IMG/VR virus record: IMGVR_UViG_3300008108_004916
Span: 1-50,909 of that record
Origin: a virus
Taxonomy: Duplodnaviria; Caudoviricetes
Length of the DNA: 50,909 nucleotides
Reading direction: 5' to 3' (one strand)
Numbering within the stretch: position 1 is the stretch's first letter; every line of letters starts with the position of its first letter. This document shows positions 1-9,300 of the stretch, piece by piece. Both the position numbers and the translations under genes were made by a program. Under the pieces are notes generated by a model. The model was given only the letters and a program-made list of their open reading frames with translations. It searched no databases and had not been told where the DNA came from.

Positions 1-2006
1 GTTGGATATATTACTTCCAAATTCATAAAACAACTACCACCTTTGAATATCATTTTTCTTTGTGGTTCTGATAATGCTCCTATTGCTTTTGAAAGGTCAC
101 TCATAGCGAAGTTATAAGCATCGGTCAATCCACCTCTACCAGCAAACTTATTTGCTACTTGTCCTATTGTCATAGCACCAACTCCTCTATCTTTAAGATG
201 AGATTTATTACGAGCAGCAACTAATCTTCCATTTACCCAACTAATTGCTAAAGCCTGACCATCTGTCTTTTCTCTTGCTAATTCTAAATCACCATTAAGT
301 GCTCTTACTACAATTTGTTTAAGGTCACCAAATGTTAAACCCATTTCAATATCAAATGGATGTGCCATATGTCCATATGCACCACCTTCTAATAGTAAAC
401 CCTCATTCATTGGTGTTTCAATTTTAGAAAGTTTAGTATAATAATTTGGGTCTTCGTAAAGGTGGTCTAATGCAATTTCTTTTGCTATATTAACATCAGT
501 TGTATGTTCTCTTTCTACTGCATATCCTTTTATGAATTCTGCTTTAAGAGTTTGTGGACTCATTTTATGATGTTTAGCAATATCTTTTAGTGTCATACCT
601 TTTGCTAATCCACCAGGTATTTGGTCTTCTTTTACAGGCTGATATTCTTCACTACCATCTTTATCTAACTTTGATTTTAATTTCTTAACATCCTTTGGAT
701 TTGGTGCACCATTAATATATCCACCCGGTAAACTTAACCCAACACCAGCTCCACCTGGCAATCCCATTTCATCAATTATTTCATCAACTATTTTTGTTAT
801 ATCATCTTCTGAAATCAAACCCTCTTTTACAACTTTAATGTTTTGCTTACCATCCATTTCAGCTTGTTTTCTTTGTTGTTTTTCTTTTGTTGTTAATATT
901 TCTTCCCATCCTATATCTTTTGCAGCCTGTAATGCATCTCCTAACCAATTAGTATATGCTCTTCTTGCACTAAATTTTCCAATAGTATCCGTATTTTTCG
1001 GTTCTTGCATTATTGGAAAGTTAGTAATTTGGTTACGTGGGTCTAATTCTTTGTAATTTACTAATTCCTTTTCTTTTTTAATTTCTTCTGGTCTATCTAC
1101 AACATCGTGTCCAATTTTTTTTGCTCTTATTTTTGATTGATTATGATATTGTTTCCAAGAAGATGCAAAAGGACCCGTACCATCATCACCTTCCATTCTT
1201 TCATTTGAACCTATTTGATTTGTAGAACCTTCACTAATTTTATCTTTTTTTGGAATACGAAAAGTTACTGCTTTCTTACCATTAATTGTTGGCATACCCC
1301 ATTCATCCTTACCAATAGATTTAACAACAACTTTTTTGTTTTTGAATTTACCCATTAAGATTTGGTCACCAACCTTTACATTCAATTTAATTTCTTCATT
1401 AATACACTCTTTTAATTTCTTTAATTTAAGAGTAATCAATTTGAATATTTGGTCATCAAATTTTGGATATGCTTTTGTAAAGTTCTTTTTTCTTTCGGCT
1501 TCAGAACCACTACTTAACCAATAACGTACATCAGTACCACTTATAGGATTTGGTTGTGCCGGAGCTGCATAAACATACCCTTTATCCAAATATCCTACTT
1601 CTAATTTACCTTTATATGGTTTGAAGTATTTACCACTTAGACGAGATGCATCTTTTTCACCAACCACAGTTATAAAACCAGTAGTTTTTGAATCAAATTT
1701 ATTAAGTATTTCTTCTGGAGCGTATGGGTTTTTGATTTGTACTATCTTATTTGAAGGAATACCAAACATCTTTTGCATGATTGTTTTCTTTTCCTTAAAC
1801 CCAAATGGAGATTTTTTATTATCGGTTACATCGGAAGTTCCTATATAAACACTATCTTTTCCGAATTTTTTAACCAAATGGTCATACGTTGCGTAGTGAC
1901 CCTTATGAAAAGGTTGAAAGCGGCCTGAATAGACAACAACTACTTTGTCTATCTTAGCCGCTTCTCCCAATATACTTTCTACTAAAAATTTTGTTAATCC
2001 CTTCAT
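1..2006 (-). CDS. Multi-domain polyprotein, truncated at the window edge: HIGH-family nucleotidyltransferase (NadM/cytidylyltransferase-like), small modules, a DUF5661-like module and a KxDG ligase-like domain
   Basis: Not in the ORF track. Hand translation from ATG 2006 stays open to base 1: MKGLTKFLVESILGEAAKIDKVVVVYSGRFQPFHKGH...ISGTDVR...GYAVEREHTTDVNIAKEIALDHLYEDPNYYTKL...LLEGGAYGHMAHPFD...REKTDGQALAISWVNGRLVAARNK. A TATTTATA motif lies 16 nt upstream. Confidence 0.85.
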   Translation of the reverse strand, partial: MKGLTKFLVESILGEAAKIDKVVVVYSGRFQPFHKGHYATYDHLVKKFGKDSVYIGTSDVTDNKKSPFGFKEKKTIMQKMFGIPSNKIVQIKNPYAPEEILNKFDSKTTGFITVVGEKDASRLSGKYFKPYKGKLEVGYLDKGYVYAAPAQPNPISGTDVRYWLSSGSEAERKKNFTKAYPKFDDQIFKLITLKLKKLKECINEEIKLNVKVGDQILMGKFKNKKVVVKSIGKDEWGMPTINGKKAVTFRIPKKDKISEGSTNQIGSNERMEGDDGTGPFASSWKQYHNQSKIRAKKIGHDVVDRPEEIKKEKELVNYKELDPRNQITNFPIMQEPKNTDTIGKFSARRAYTNWLGDALQAAKDIGWEEILTTKEKQQRKQAEMDGKQNIKVVKEGLISEDDITKIVDEIIDEMGLPGGAGVGLSLPGGYINGAPNPKDVKKLKSKLDKDGSEEYQPVKEDQIPGGLAKGMTLKDIAKHHKMSPQTLKAEFIKGYAVEREHTTDVNIAKEIALDHLYEDPNYYTKLSKIETPMNEGLLLEGGAYGHMAHPFDIEMGLTFGDLKQIVVRALNGDLELAREKTDGQALAISWVNGRLVAARNKSHLKDRGVGAMTIGQVANKFAGRGGLTDAYNFAMSDLSKAIGALSEPQRKMIFKGGSCFMNLEVIYP

Positions 2007-2021
2007 ATAGTTTATATACTA

Positions 2022-2029
2022 TATAAATA
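2022..2029 (-). promoter_or_regulatory. Putative phage late-promoter motif TATTTATA
   Basis: One of about 13 intergenic copies of TA(T/C/A)TTAT(A/T) found 14-31 nt upstream of start codons. Confidence 0.6.
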
Positions 2030-2035
2030 TTGGGA

Positions 2036-2446
2036 TTATTGGTTTACAATTTTTGGAGCTTCATCACCAGCAACATTTAGTTGTTGTTCTTGCTGTTGTG
2101 ATTGCTGTAATTGCTGTTTTCTTGTAGGTGCTCCAGGTTGATACGTTACTGTACCATCTTGGATATTAATTCTTGCTTGTGGATATTTCTCATCAACTTC
2201 TTCACCTATTTCATTTAATCTAAGTGTAGTTGATTTGAATTCTTCTTCAGCTAATTTTATTGTATTTTCAATTCTTTCCAACTCATCAATAAGTTCTTTT
2301 TTTCTCAAATATAAAGTTCCTACATTCAATACAATATTGCTGCTTTTGTTGTTAAGATTTCTAATACTTTCCAACACACTCTCATCTAACTTTACAGTTT
2401 CAACCTGAATTGAGTTTTTTACAGGTACTTTGTCTAATTCTGCCAT
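2036..2446 (-). CDS. Hypothetical coiled-coil protein, paralog of 6981..7262
   Basis: GTLYLRKKEL...EKYPQARINIQDGTV matches GQLSLRKRDL...KTYPNGEIDLVEGAV. Has a Gln-rich tail and a TACTTATA motif at 2473-2480. Confidence 0.75.
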   Translation of the reverse strand: MAELDKVPVKNSIQVETVKLDESVLESIRNLNNKSSNIVLNVGTLYLRKKELIDELERIENTIKLAEEEFKSTTLRLNEIGEEVDEKYPQARINIQDGTVTYQPGAPTRKQQLQQSQQQEQQLNVAGDEAPKIVNQ

Positions 2447-2489
2447 AAATTTGTTTTTATTTGTTTTGTATATATAAGTATATTATTTT

Positions 2490-3236
2490 TTATTTTCCAA
2501 ACACAGAAACCCCTTTTTTCTTTACAACTTCACCTGCACAATAATTAGCCCAATTAATTGATACCCCAATATCCTCAGAATCTAAGTATCTAGCTACAAA
2601 TCCAGCAACAAAAGTATCCCCTGCTCCACTAACATCCGCATTTTCTACTTTTTCCGTTTTATATATTGTACCTTTATGAGATGCACCATTACCATCTAAA
2701 GTTGTAATAACTTTATCCTCTAACCATTTCTTTTCTAAAATTATATCATAATTATTTTGTGCTTCAAATCGGTTAAGTTTAATAAATGTCATATCTTTAC
2801 ACCAATCCCCTAAATGTTTTTTCGTATCTAAAATAACTAATTGGTGAAGTTTAGAAATCTGAGCTATATCATCTTCGGTAAGAAATCCTTTACAATAATC
2901 GGATATTACAATAGCATGATACTCAGTAAAATTTGGTAATTGATTTATATCTATTCTGTCTACGAAATCGTTTTCATCTAATCTTAAATACAATTCATTG
3001 GTTTCTTCATCTACATAACGGGTTTTTGTTATAGAACCGGTATCGGAATAAATATCAACATCTATACCCATTGCTGATAAATTATTTGCTGTATTTAGTG
3101 CCATACCACCATTATAAACTTCCTTAGATGGTATAAAAATCGGTCCCTTACCCTCAGGAGATTTTCTTACCGATTTACCATACACAAATACATCGGTACA
3201 ACTCTCTCCTATAACCAATACTTTATATTTTTTCAT
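2490..3236 (-). CDS. hldA: PfkB-family sugar kinase, HldE/RfaE domain I-like (heptose-7-phosphate kinase)
   Basis: Motifs VLVIGESCTDVFVYG..R.SPE, GGMALNTANNL, TKTRY, VISDYCKG and DVSGAGDTF (PfkB signature). Adjacent to the RfaE domain II gene. Confidence 0.85.
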   Translation of the reverse strand: MKKYKVLVIGESCTDVFVYGKSVRKSPEGKGPIFIPSKEVYNGGMALNTANNLSAMGIDVDIYSDTGSITKTRYVDEETNELYLRLDENDFVDRIDINQLPNFTEYHAIVISDYCKGFLTEDDIAQISKLHQLVILDTKKHLGDWCKDMTFIKLNRFEAQNNYDIILEKKWLEDKVITTLDGNGASHKGTIYKTEKVENADVSGAGDTFVAGFVARYLDSEDIGVSINWANYCAGEVVKKKGVSVFGK

Positions 3237-3615
3237 TTTCTAAAATTTTAGTTGTACTAATACCATTAATTTTTTTGAAAAATTCAATTTTAGGAATATA
3301 CTCTTTTCCAATTATTTGTTCGTATTGGTAATCATCACCAATTATCATTATATCAGGTCTCCACTGCTTTATATGTTCTACAAGAGTTTCATCCGAATCA
3401 AATGCAACAACACTATCAACAAATCTAATACTACGCATAAACCCCATACGGTCTTCTAAAGAATTATATGGTCTTAATTCTCCTTTTTTTTCTTTAACTC
3501 GTTCATCGGTATCAATACCAACTCTTAAAGTTCCAAAAGAAGAAGCATATTCTAAAAGTTTTATATGCCCAATATGTAATACATCAAATGCTCCGTTTAC
3601 CCAAACACGTTTCAT
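3223..3615 (-). CDS. hldC: Heptose-1-phosphate nucleotidyltransferase, HldE/RfaE domain II-like (cytidylyltransferase family)
   Basis: NGAFDVLHIGH (HIGH motif), KGELRP, GDDY and C-terminal GISTT. Confidence 0.8.
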   Translation of the reverse strand: MKRVWVNGAFDVLHIGHIKLLEYASSFGTLRVGIDTDERVKEKKGELRPYNSLEDRMGFMRSIRFVDSVVAFDSDETLVEHIKQWRPDIMIIGDDYQYEQIIGKEYIPKIEFFKKINGISTTKILENEKI

Positions 3616-4772
3616 TATAAAAACTTTTTAAGTTCATCAATAACCATTTGACCGGTAATTAATTTTGTACATTCAAATTGTCTATCTGTTCCTTTGTGGT
3701 CTGGACACCAATTCCAATCACCAGCATCTAATCGTAATCTATTGAAGCACCCTTCGCATTTTCCTTCCGGTGCCCCTATCCTTACACAATCTTCCATCTC
3801 TGCCCATTTGTAAGAAAATCCACTTATTAAGACAGTAGGAACATTCAATGCCCAACTTAACCAACTCAATCCACTTCCAATACCAATAAATGCTTTGGAT
3901 TTTTTCATTTCATCCATAACTAATTCAATAGGTCCATTTGGATGCTTAACTATACCAGAAGGTAATTGGTTACCCATATAGTTATCACCCTCTTTTGAAA
4001 GTAATTTAACTGTATATCCTCTGCCATTTAACCAATCAATAACTTCTTGCCAACCAGTTGGGTTATTCCAAAACTTAGATTGTGCAGTTCCATGAATACC
4101 TATACAAACTTGCTTTAGGTCATGGTCTTCAACAACAGGTCTATTTTTTAATTTTGGTTTTACTTCTTTATATTCTAATCCTAATATATCAGAACACATT
4201 TTTTGCATAGTTTGTTCTCTGAAATTATTTGGATTTTTTACTACATTGATTGAGCTATCCTCATTATAGAATAATCCAACAGAGAACATAGCATATAAAT
4301 TATTTACATTTGTACCAGGAACAACAAATTCTATTTCAGGATAATTTTCAGCAAACATATCATTCATAAATGTTGATGCAACCATTTTACATTTGTGTTT
4401 TTTTCTAAATTCATCCACATATGGAAACCATGCTAAAGAATCTCCCAATGCTTTTGAATCTAAAGCAATATAAACTCTTTTATCAGTAGCATCAAATATA
4501 TGAGTATGCCATAAATTATTATTTTCATAAATTACAATTTTCCACTCAATATAAAATTCAATACTACATCTTGCCCAACAATTATTTTTCATTTCAGCAT
4601 AATAGTACATTTTTCCTGTTCTATTATCATAAAATTCAACTTTATAATTTGCTTCCTTTGGTCCTTTAATTTCAACAAAAGGTCCTTTTACAAAATGTAT
4701 ATTAGGTTTATTTTGTACTTCAACTTTTGAATTAGTATTTCTTTTTAAGTTATTGTAAATCATTAACTCCAA
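3615..4772 (-). CDS. aah: Autotransporter-type protein O-heptosyltransferase (Aah/TibC, BAHT family)
   Basis: ALGDSLAWFPY..FRKKHKC, QSKFWNNPTGW, FIGIGSGLSWLSWA, VLISGFS, and a four-Cys iron-finger pattern CEGC...WCPDHKGTDRQFECTK. Confidence 0.88.
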   Translation of the reverse strand: MELMIYNNLKRNTNSKVEVQNKPNIHFVKGPFVEIKGPKEANYKVEFYDNRTGKMYYYAEMKNNCWARCSIEFYIEWKIVIYENNNLWHTHIFDATDKRVYIALDSKALGDSLAWFPYVDEFRKKHKCKMVASTFMNDMFAENYPEIEFVVPGTNVNNLYAMFSVGLFYNEDSSINVVKNPNNFREQTMQKMCSDILGLEYKEVKPKLKNRPVVEDHDLKQVCIGIHGTAQSKFWNNPTGWQEVIDWLNGRGYTVKLLSKEGDNYMGNQLPSGIVKHPNGPIELVMDEMKKSKAFIGIGSGLSWLSWALNVPTVLISGFSYKWAEMEDCVRIGAPEGKCEGCFNRLRLDAGDWNWCPDHKGTDRQFECTKLITGQMVIDELKKFL

Positions 4773-6937
4773 GTTTTAATTGTTTCATCTAATAAAGAAT
4801 ATCCTTCTGCTTGCTTTGAATATACTTTGTTTGTAGTATATCTTGGTTTTGGGTGGTGATAAAAAACGTGATTATACCAAAGGTCACCAACATCCCATGT
4901 ACAATCTTCTATTCTATCCAACCACCATTGTTTAGTTCTATTTGGTATTAAATAACAATGTGCTAAATCCTGATTTGAACCGGTTCTGCTAAACAAATTA
5001 TCAATACCATGTCTTTCTCTTGATGGATTATTCGCAAAAGATATAAAATAAACATCATCTCTTTCTGATAAGAAACATGCTCTATTTACAATTTCAACAA
5101 ATTCTTCTAATCCAGTATAAATGAAAGCATCTGCTTCAAACACCAAAGTATAATCATATTCATCGTTCATTGTTTCTAAAGCTGCTCTATGTGCTAAATA
5201 ACATCCATAATGTCTACCAGTTATCCATCCTAACCCAGCACCAGGATACAATTCACCTGGCTTATTATCTTTACTAATGTGTTCTGGCCTACGGCAATGT
5301 TCAGCTGGTGGTATTCCTTCATAAACTTTATTTATGATTGGTTGGTAGTTCATCCCATACCTTTGTAATTGCCTAATTGATTGAATAGAAACTCTTTCTC
5401 TCATATCATCAGGCCTAGTTAATAAATGTTTTACTTGTATTTTTGGTTTTTTACGAATGAATGAACGAAATCCTTTTTGAAACTGTCCATAAAAATACTC
5501 ATCAGCTGCTTGTGTAACACCATGAAATACTCCATAGTCATCTCCGCTAATATATCCGCCAGGTTTTACTTTATTATACCAAACTTTAATATCATCCATT
5601 AATGCTTCATATGAATGACCCGCATCTATCATTATAAAATCAATACTTTCATTTGTAAATTGATTGGATGCATTTTTAGATGTATCTTTAATCATTTCAA
5701 ATGTTCCATAATTATTTGAATGTACAGTGTTATCTATAAATTCATAAAAAATATCACCATTAAAAGTGTTTACTATATTTTGATGCAATTCTTCATCATC
5801 AGTTCCTTTCCACGTATCAATTGTTGTAAAGTTAATGTTCTTTTTAGATTCTCTGATTTTAGTTGCTAAATGATTTGTTGATTTGCCAAACCAAGCACCA
5901 ACCTCAACAAATGTAGCATCATATGGAGCGGATTCTACAATTTCATTGTATAATTCTTCATAAGCAAACCAACCCGGTATTTCATTGAATTCAGGTTTTA
6001 ATTTTTCTAAAATATATCTTTTAGTTAATTTCAAATCATCATCAATATATGTTACCAATGGATTATTATCATATGTATCCAAATAAGTATGTAACCTTCG
6101 GAACATACAAGGTAGTTTATAAGATAAAGCTTCTTTGATTGATAATGGATTTAGTTCTAATTTAGAGCTAAAATAAAACATATCACACGCTGCATAAAAT
6201 GTATCTACATCATTTCTTTCTCCCCATACAATACAATTCTCAGGTTTATGTTTCATTAAAGGAAGCCAATAGTGTTCAAAATTTCCAGCTTGATTTCCTA
6301 CAAAATGAAATTTAATTTTGTATTTTTCTAATTGCCTTGCTATTGCAAATATTTCAGCTTGGTTTTTACCGGGTGCAAATAATCCAACCATAAGTACATG
6401 CTTATAAGTTGAATCCAATCCAAGTTCTTTTTTTGCTTCTTCTTTATCAAACTTATATTCTTCTATTGGATATTCCCATAACATTGTTTCTACTCCCAAC
6501 TCTGCTTCATCAAATTTTTGTTTACTCCATTTTGAAACTAAAACATATCTATCGGGATGATAAATAATATCTGCTGGGTTTGTGAATGAACCATGTGTAG
6601 TTGCTACTATAAAATACTTTCTATTTTCAGAAAATATTTCTTCCAATATAGGAGTTGCTAAATCATATTGCGGAATCTCCTGAAAATGGATAATATCCGG
6701 TTGAAAATTTTTTATGATTTTCAAAATATGAAATTTATCTTCACCAAGAGTATGAACCACGGCTAATTCTTTAATCCTATTTTTTTGAACAACAAAAGCA
6801 TCACCACCACTATTGTTAATTTCAACAACTTCAATATCAAAATCATCAATAAAGTGCTTTACCTGCTTATAAGTGTATTGTGGTTGTCCACCAGTTGATA
6901 AATGTGGACATATGTAGAGTAACTTTTTTCTTTCCAT
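4763..6937 (-). CDS. Three-domain fusion: GT4 (GT-B) glycosyltransferase, class I SAM methyltransferase and GT25-like glycosyltransferase
   Basis: HLSTGGQ, GKNQ and ELNPLSIKEA (GT4); VEVGAWFGKS, IDAGHSYE and VKPGG.ISGDDY (Methyltransf_24-like); GCYLAH...LVFEADA (GT25-like). Confidence 0.82.
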   Translation of the reverse strand: MERKKLLYICPHLSTGGQPQYTYKQVKHFIDDFDIEVVEINNSGGDAFVVQKNRIKELAVVHTLGEDKFHILKIIKNFQPDIIHFQEIPQYDLATPILEEIFSENRKYFIVATTHGSFTNPADIIYHPDRYVLVSKWSKQKFDEAELGVETMLWEYPIEEYKFDKEEAKKELGLDSTYKHVLMVGLFAPGKNQAEIFAIARQLEKYKIKFHFVGNQAGNFEHYWLPLMKHKPENCIVWGERNDVDTFYAACDMFYFSSKLELNPLSIKEALSYKLPCMFRRLHTYLDTYDNNPLVTYIDDDLKLTKRYILEKLKPEFNEIPGWFAYEELYNEIVESAPYDATFVEVGAWFGKSTNHLATKIRESKKNINFTTIDTWKGTDDEELHQNIVNTFNGDIFYEFIDNTVHSNNYGTFEMIKDTSKNASNQFTNESIDFIMIDAGHSYEALMDDIKVWYNKVKPGGYISGDDYGVFHGVTQAADEYFYGQFQKGFRSFIRKKPKIQVKHLLTRPDDMRERVSIQSIRQLQRYGMNYQPIINKVYEGIPPAEHCRRPEHISKDNKPGELYPGAGLGWITGRHYGCYLAHRAALETMNDEYDYTLVFEADAFIYTGLEEFVEIVNRACFLSERDDVYFISFANNPSRERHGIDNLFSRTGSNQDLAHCYLIPNRTKQWWLDRIEDCTWDVGDLWYNHVFYHHPKPRYTTNKVYSKQAEGYSLLDETIKTWS

Positions 6938-6947
6938 AAAATAGATA

Positions 6948-6979
6948 CAAATATACTAATTTTTTTTGAAATTACCAAA
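6948..6979 (-). promoter_or_regulatory. Bacteroidota housekeeping-sigma-type promoter (-33 TTTG / -7 TAnnTTTG)
   Basis: Minus strand reads TTTG-gtaatttcaaaaaaaattag (20 nt)-TATATTTG, directly upstream of the GT/heptose operon. Confidence 0.75.
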
Positions 6980-6980
6980 T

Positions 6981-7262
6981 TTATTCTGGCGATTCAAAAT
7001 ACACAGCTCCTTCTACTAAATCAATTTCTCCGTTTGGATATGTTTTTTCCAATTCTGCTAACATTGAATTTAGTTCTTTATTTTTATCATCAAACGTAGT
7101 TTGTACTGATTTTTCAACAATATCTACGTTTTCTAACTCTGATTTTAAGTCTCTTTTTCTAAGAGATAATTGACCCAATTCCATAACAATTTTTGTTAAA
7201 TCGTTTTGAATTGTACTTAATTTTTCAATTATTTCGGTTGATAATGATTCTTTCTTTTGCAT
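6981..7262 (-). CDS. Hypothetical coiled-coil protein, paralog of 2036..2446; start revised to MQKKESLS
   Basis: The track start (7352) overlaps the upstream gene. ATG 7262 lies 14 nt after a TATTTATA motif at 7276-7283. Confidence 0.7.
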   Translation of the reverse strand: MQKKESLSTEIIEKLSTIQNDLTKIVMELGQLSLRKRDLKSELENVDIVEKSVQTTFDDKNKELNSMLAELEKTYPNGEIDLVEGAVYFESPE

Positions 7263-7296
7263 AAAACTTTTTGTATATAAATATATATATTTTAAT

Positions 7297-8325
7297 TTAT
7301 TCAAAAAGCGCAGAAGCACACCCTCTACAAATGGTCTCATATGATTTTTCAACCATTTTTATGTGTTCTTCATTACCCCAAAAATCTTTTAATTGTTGTG
7401 TTTTGAAATCACCAAATTGTACTTCCATATCATAATCATTACAACAAAGGAATACTTTACCAGCAGCATTTACATGTATCCAACCTACCGGTCTACCACC
7501 AACTTCTCTACCATTTCCACATCCTATTACTTTTTTTGTTTCATCACCTTTTTGTAAATTTCTTTTTATAGCTTCTTTATTTGTCATAATGTGGTCTAAT
7601 AAACCAGCTCTATCTATTAATGATGGAACTGGGAATACTTGTAATCCTTCAAATAATTCTCTAGCCTTATTAACTTGCTGTGCCAACTCACCAGTAATTG
7701 GGTCTAAATCCATATCAATTGGAAATTCAGGACCTTTATCTAACCAACCACCCCTATCACTAAATGAATTATGGTTAGAACCATTTACTTGGATAGAAAA
7801 TGATTTTCGTTGAACCATATCTGGTAATTTTTCCATAGCATATTTTACATTTGATATTAATTTATCAAATTGCTTTATGTTTATCCCACTTCGTAAACTC
7901 CAAACTTCTGGTTCAAATGCTGGTATGTTTAGACATATTCCATTTACAACTCCTTTATACTTTACAATCAGGTCCACTTTTTCAGGCGTTAATGGAATAC
8001 CATTTGAAAGAACCATAAAACATAATCTATACTCTTGACATATTTTTAATAATTCTTCAAAATGTGGATACAAAAGTATTTCATTATAATGAGCTGTATA
8101 AAATCCTCCAAAATTTTTATGAACCAATCCATTTTCTTTTTCTCTTTCTTCAATTAAATTTTCAATAATTTTACGAAGAAGTTCTGGACTCATAACTTCT
8201 TTTCCATGTGTAGGGTTTCCTTTATATTTTACAGGACAAAACCAACATCTTGCATTACATACGCCATATGGGTCTAATTGCATTTGATGAATTTTGTAAG
8301 TTTCAAATTGTTCTTTTACTGTCAT
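7297..8325 (-). CDS. Radical SAM protein with a SPASM/twitch domain
   Basis: CNARCWFC motif, and C-terminal GC...GKVFLCCND...C..C. Start revised to MTVKEQF, which overlaps the upstream stop as ATGA. Confidence 0.88.
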   Translation of the reverse strand: MTVKEQFETYKIHQMQLDPYGVCNARCWFCPVKYKGNPTHGKEVMSPELLRKIIENLIEEREKENGLVHKNFGGFYTAHYNEILLYPHFEELLKICQEYRLCFMVLSNGIPLTPEKVDLIVKYKGVVNGICLNIPAFEPEVWSLRSGINIKQFDKLISNVKYAMEKLPDMVQRKSFSIQVNGSNHNSFSDRGGWLDKGPEFPIDMDLDPITGELAQQVNKARELFEGLQVFPVPSLIDRAGLLDHIMTNKEAIKRNLQKGDETKKVIGCGNGREVGGRPVGWIHVNAAGKVFLCCNDYDMEVQFGDFKTQQLKDFWGNEEHIKMVEKSYETICRGCASALFE

Positions 8326-9266
8326 ATTAAAACTGATTTTTTTGCTGTTTTTTGTATTAGTTTCCAATATTCATACGATGTTGTACCCTCTTTTATATTA
8401 AGTTCAATATTATAAGGAAGTTTATTCATAAATTCTGATTTATAAAATAATCCTGAATTTGAATTTGTAACTCCAGCATTATGAAATATATTACAATCTT
8501 GCCATAACTTATCCGATGATGTTCCCCAACTAAATTCTAAATTAGAATGGCATATTGTTTGATATCCCATTTTCCAAGCGTTCCACAATACAGCCCACAT
8601 ATCAGCACACCATATTTGTAGTTCGTGATAAGTTGGGTCTTTTTCTTTTTTTATTTTATTTAATTCGGTAATATTAACAAATAATTTTTCACAATCATTT
8701 TCTACAATTTTCCAAAAGTTTTCTGATATTCCTTTCATTATGTATTGTGCTCCAATTCCATTCAATTCATTTTTTTCAACAACACTTTCATCAATTTCCA
8801 TAATACTACACATAGCTTTTAAGATATCATCACCTTTTGATTTTATATAAGAATGAGATATATACCATCTACAATCAGAACCATACCAATTATCATCATT
8901 AATCATTTCATCTGTTATCCATTCTCTAATTGGTTTTGTGAAAGCAATATCACAATCATGATAAAAAATTACATCATTATGTATTTCTGGTCTAGCTGCC
9001 CAATGTTGTTTTAATATATTTGGTCTTATTGAAGATGTATATCCTTTATTTCTTCTTGTATCAGTATAAAAGAAAAATCTAACATAATTGTATTTCTCTG
9101 CTAATTTAGTCCATTGTTCAGAAACAATACCATTTTCCGCATAACAAACTATATCCATATTATTTGGATTAACGCCCATTTCAATAAAGTTGTGTATCAT
9201 TACCTCAACTTGCCAAGTATAATATGGAATTGCTGGTTGAGCACATACGAAACGTAAATTATTCAT
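8322..9266 (-). CDS. GT-A glycosyltransferase resembling plant peptide O-glycosyltransferases HPAT (GT95) and SERGT (GT96)
   Basis: Ordered motifs PYYTWQ, GYTSSIRP, FYHDCD (DxD), GAQY and WCADMWA parallel HPAT/SERGT Y.xWQ, Y...N[RK]P, DxD and W..EMY, as recalled from memory. Confidence 0.6.
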   Translation of the reverse strand: MNNLRFVCAQPAIPYYTWQVEVMIHNFIEMGVNPNNMDIVCYAENGIVSEQWTKLAEKYNYVRFFFYTDTRRNKGYTSSIRPNILKQHWAARPEIHNDVIFYHDCDIAFTKPIREWITDEMINDDNWYGSDCRWYISHSYIKSKGDDILKAMCSIMEIDESVVEKNELNGIGAQYIMKGISENFWKIVENDCEKLFVNITELNKIKKEKDPTYHELQIWCADMWAVLWNAWKMGYQTICHSNLEFSWGTSSDKLWQDCNIFHNAGVTNSNSGLFYKSEFMNKLPYNIELNIKEGTTSYEYWKLIQKTAKKSVLI

Positions 9267-9300
9267 AACCTTTATTAAATATAATTATATTTTTATGTTT

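Noticed and set aside
838-1848. Three plus-strand ORFs in the track
   Set aside because: They are antisense shadows of the continuous minus-strand ORF 1..2006, which carries recognisable motifs.
2490-6937. Bacterial LPS locus or DNA hypermodification cluster
   Set aside because: It is embedded among phage genes, the transferase has protein-heptosyltransferase motifs, and no base-modifying enzymes are nearby. A host-surface target is not fully excluded.
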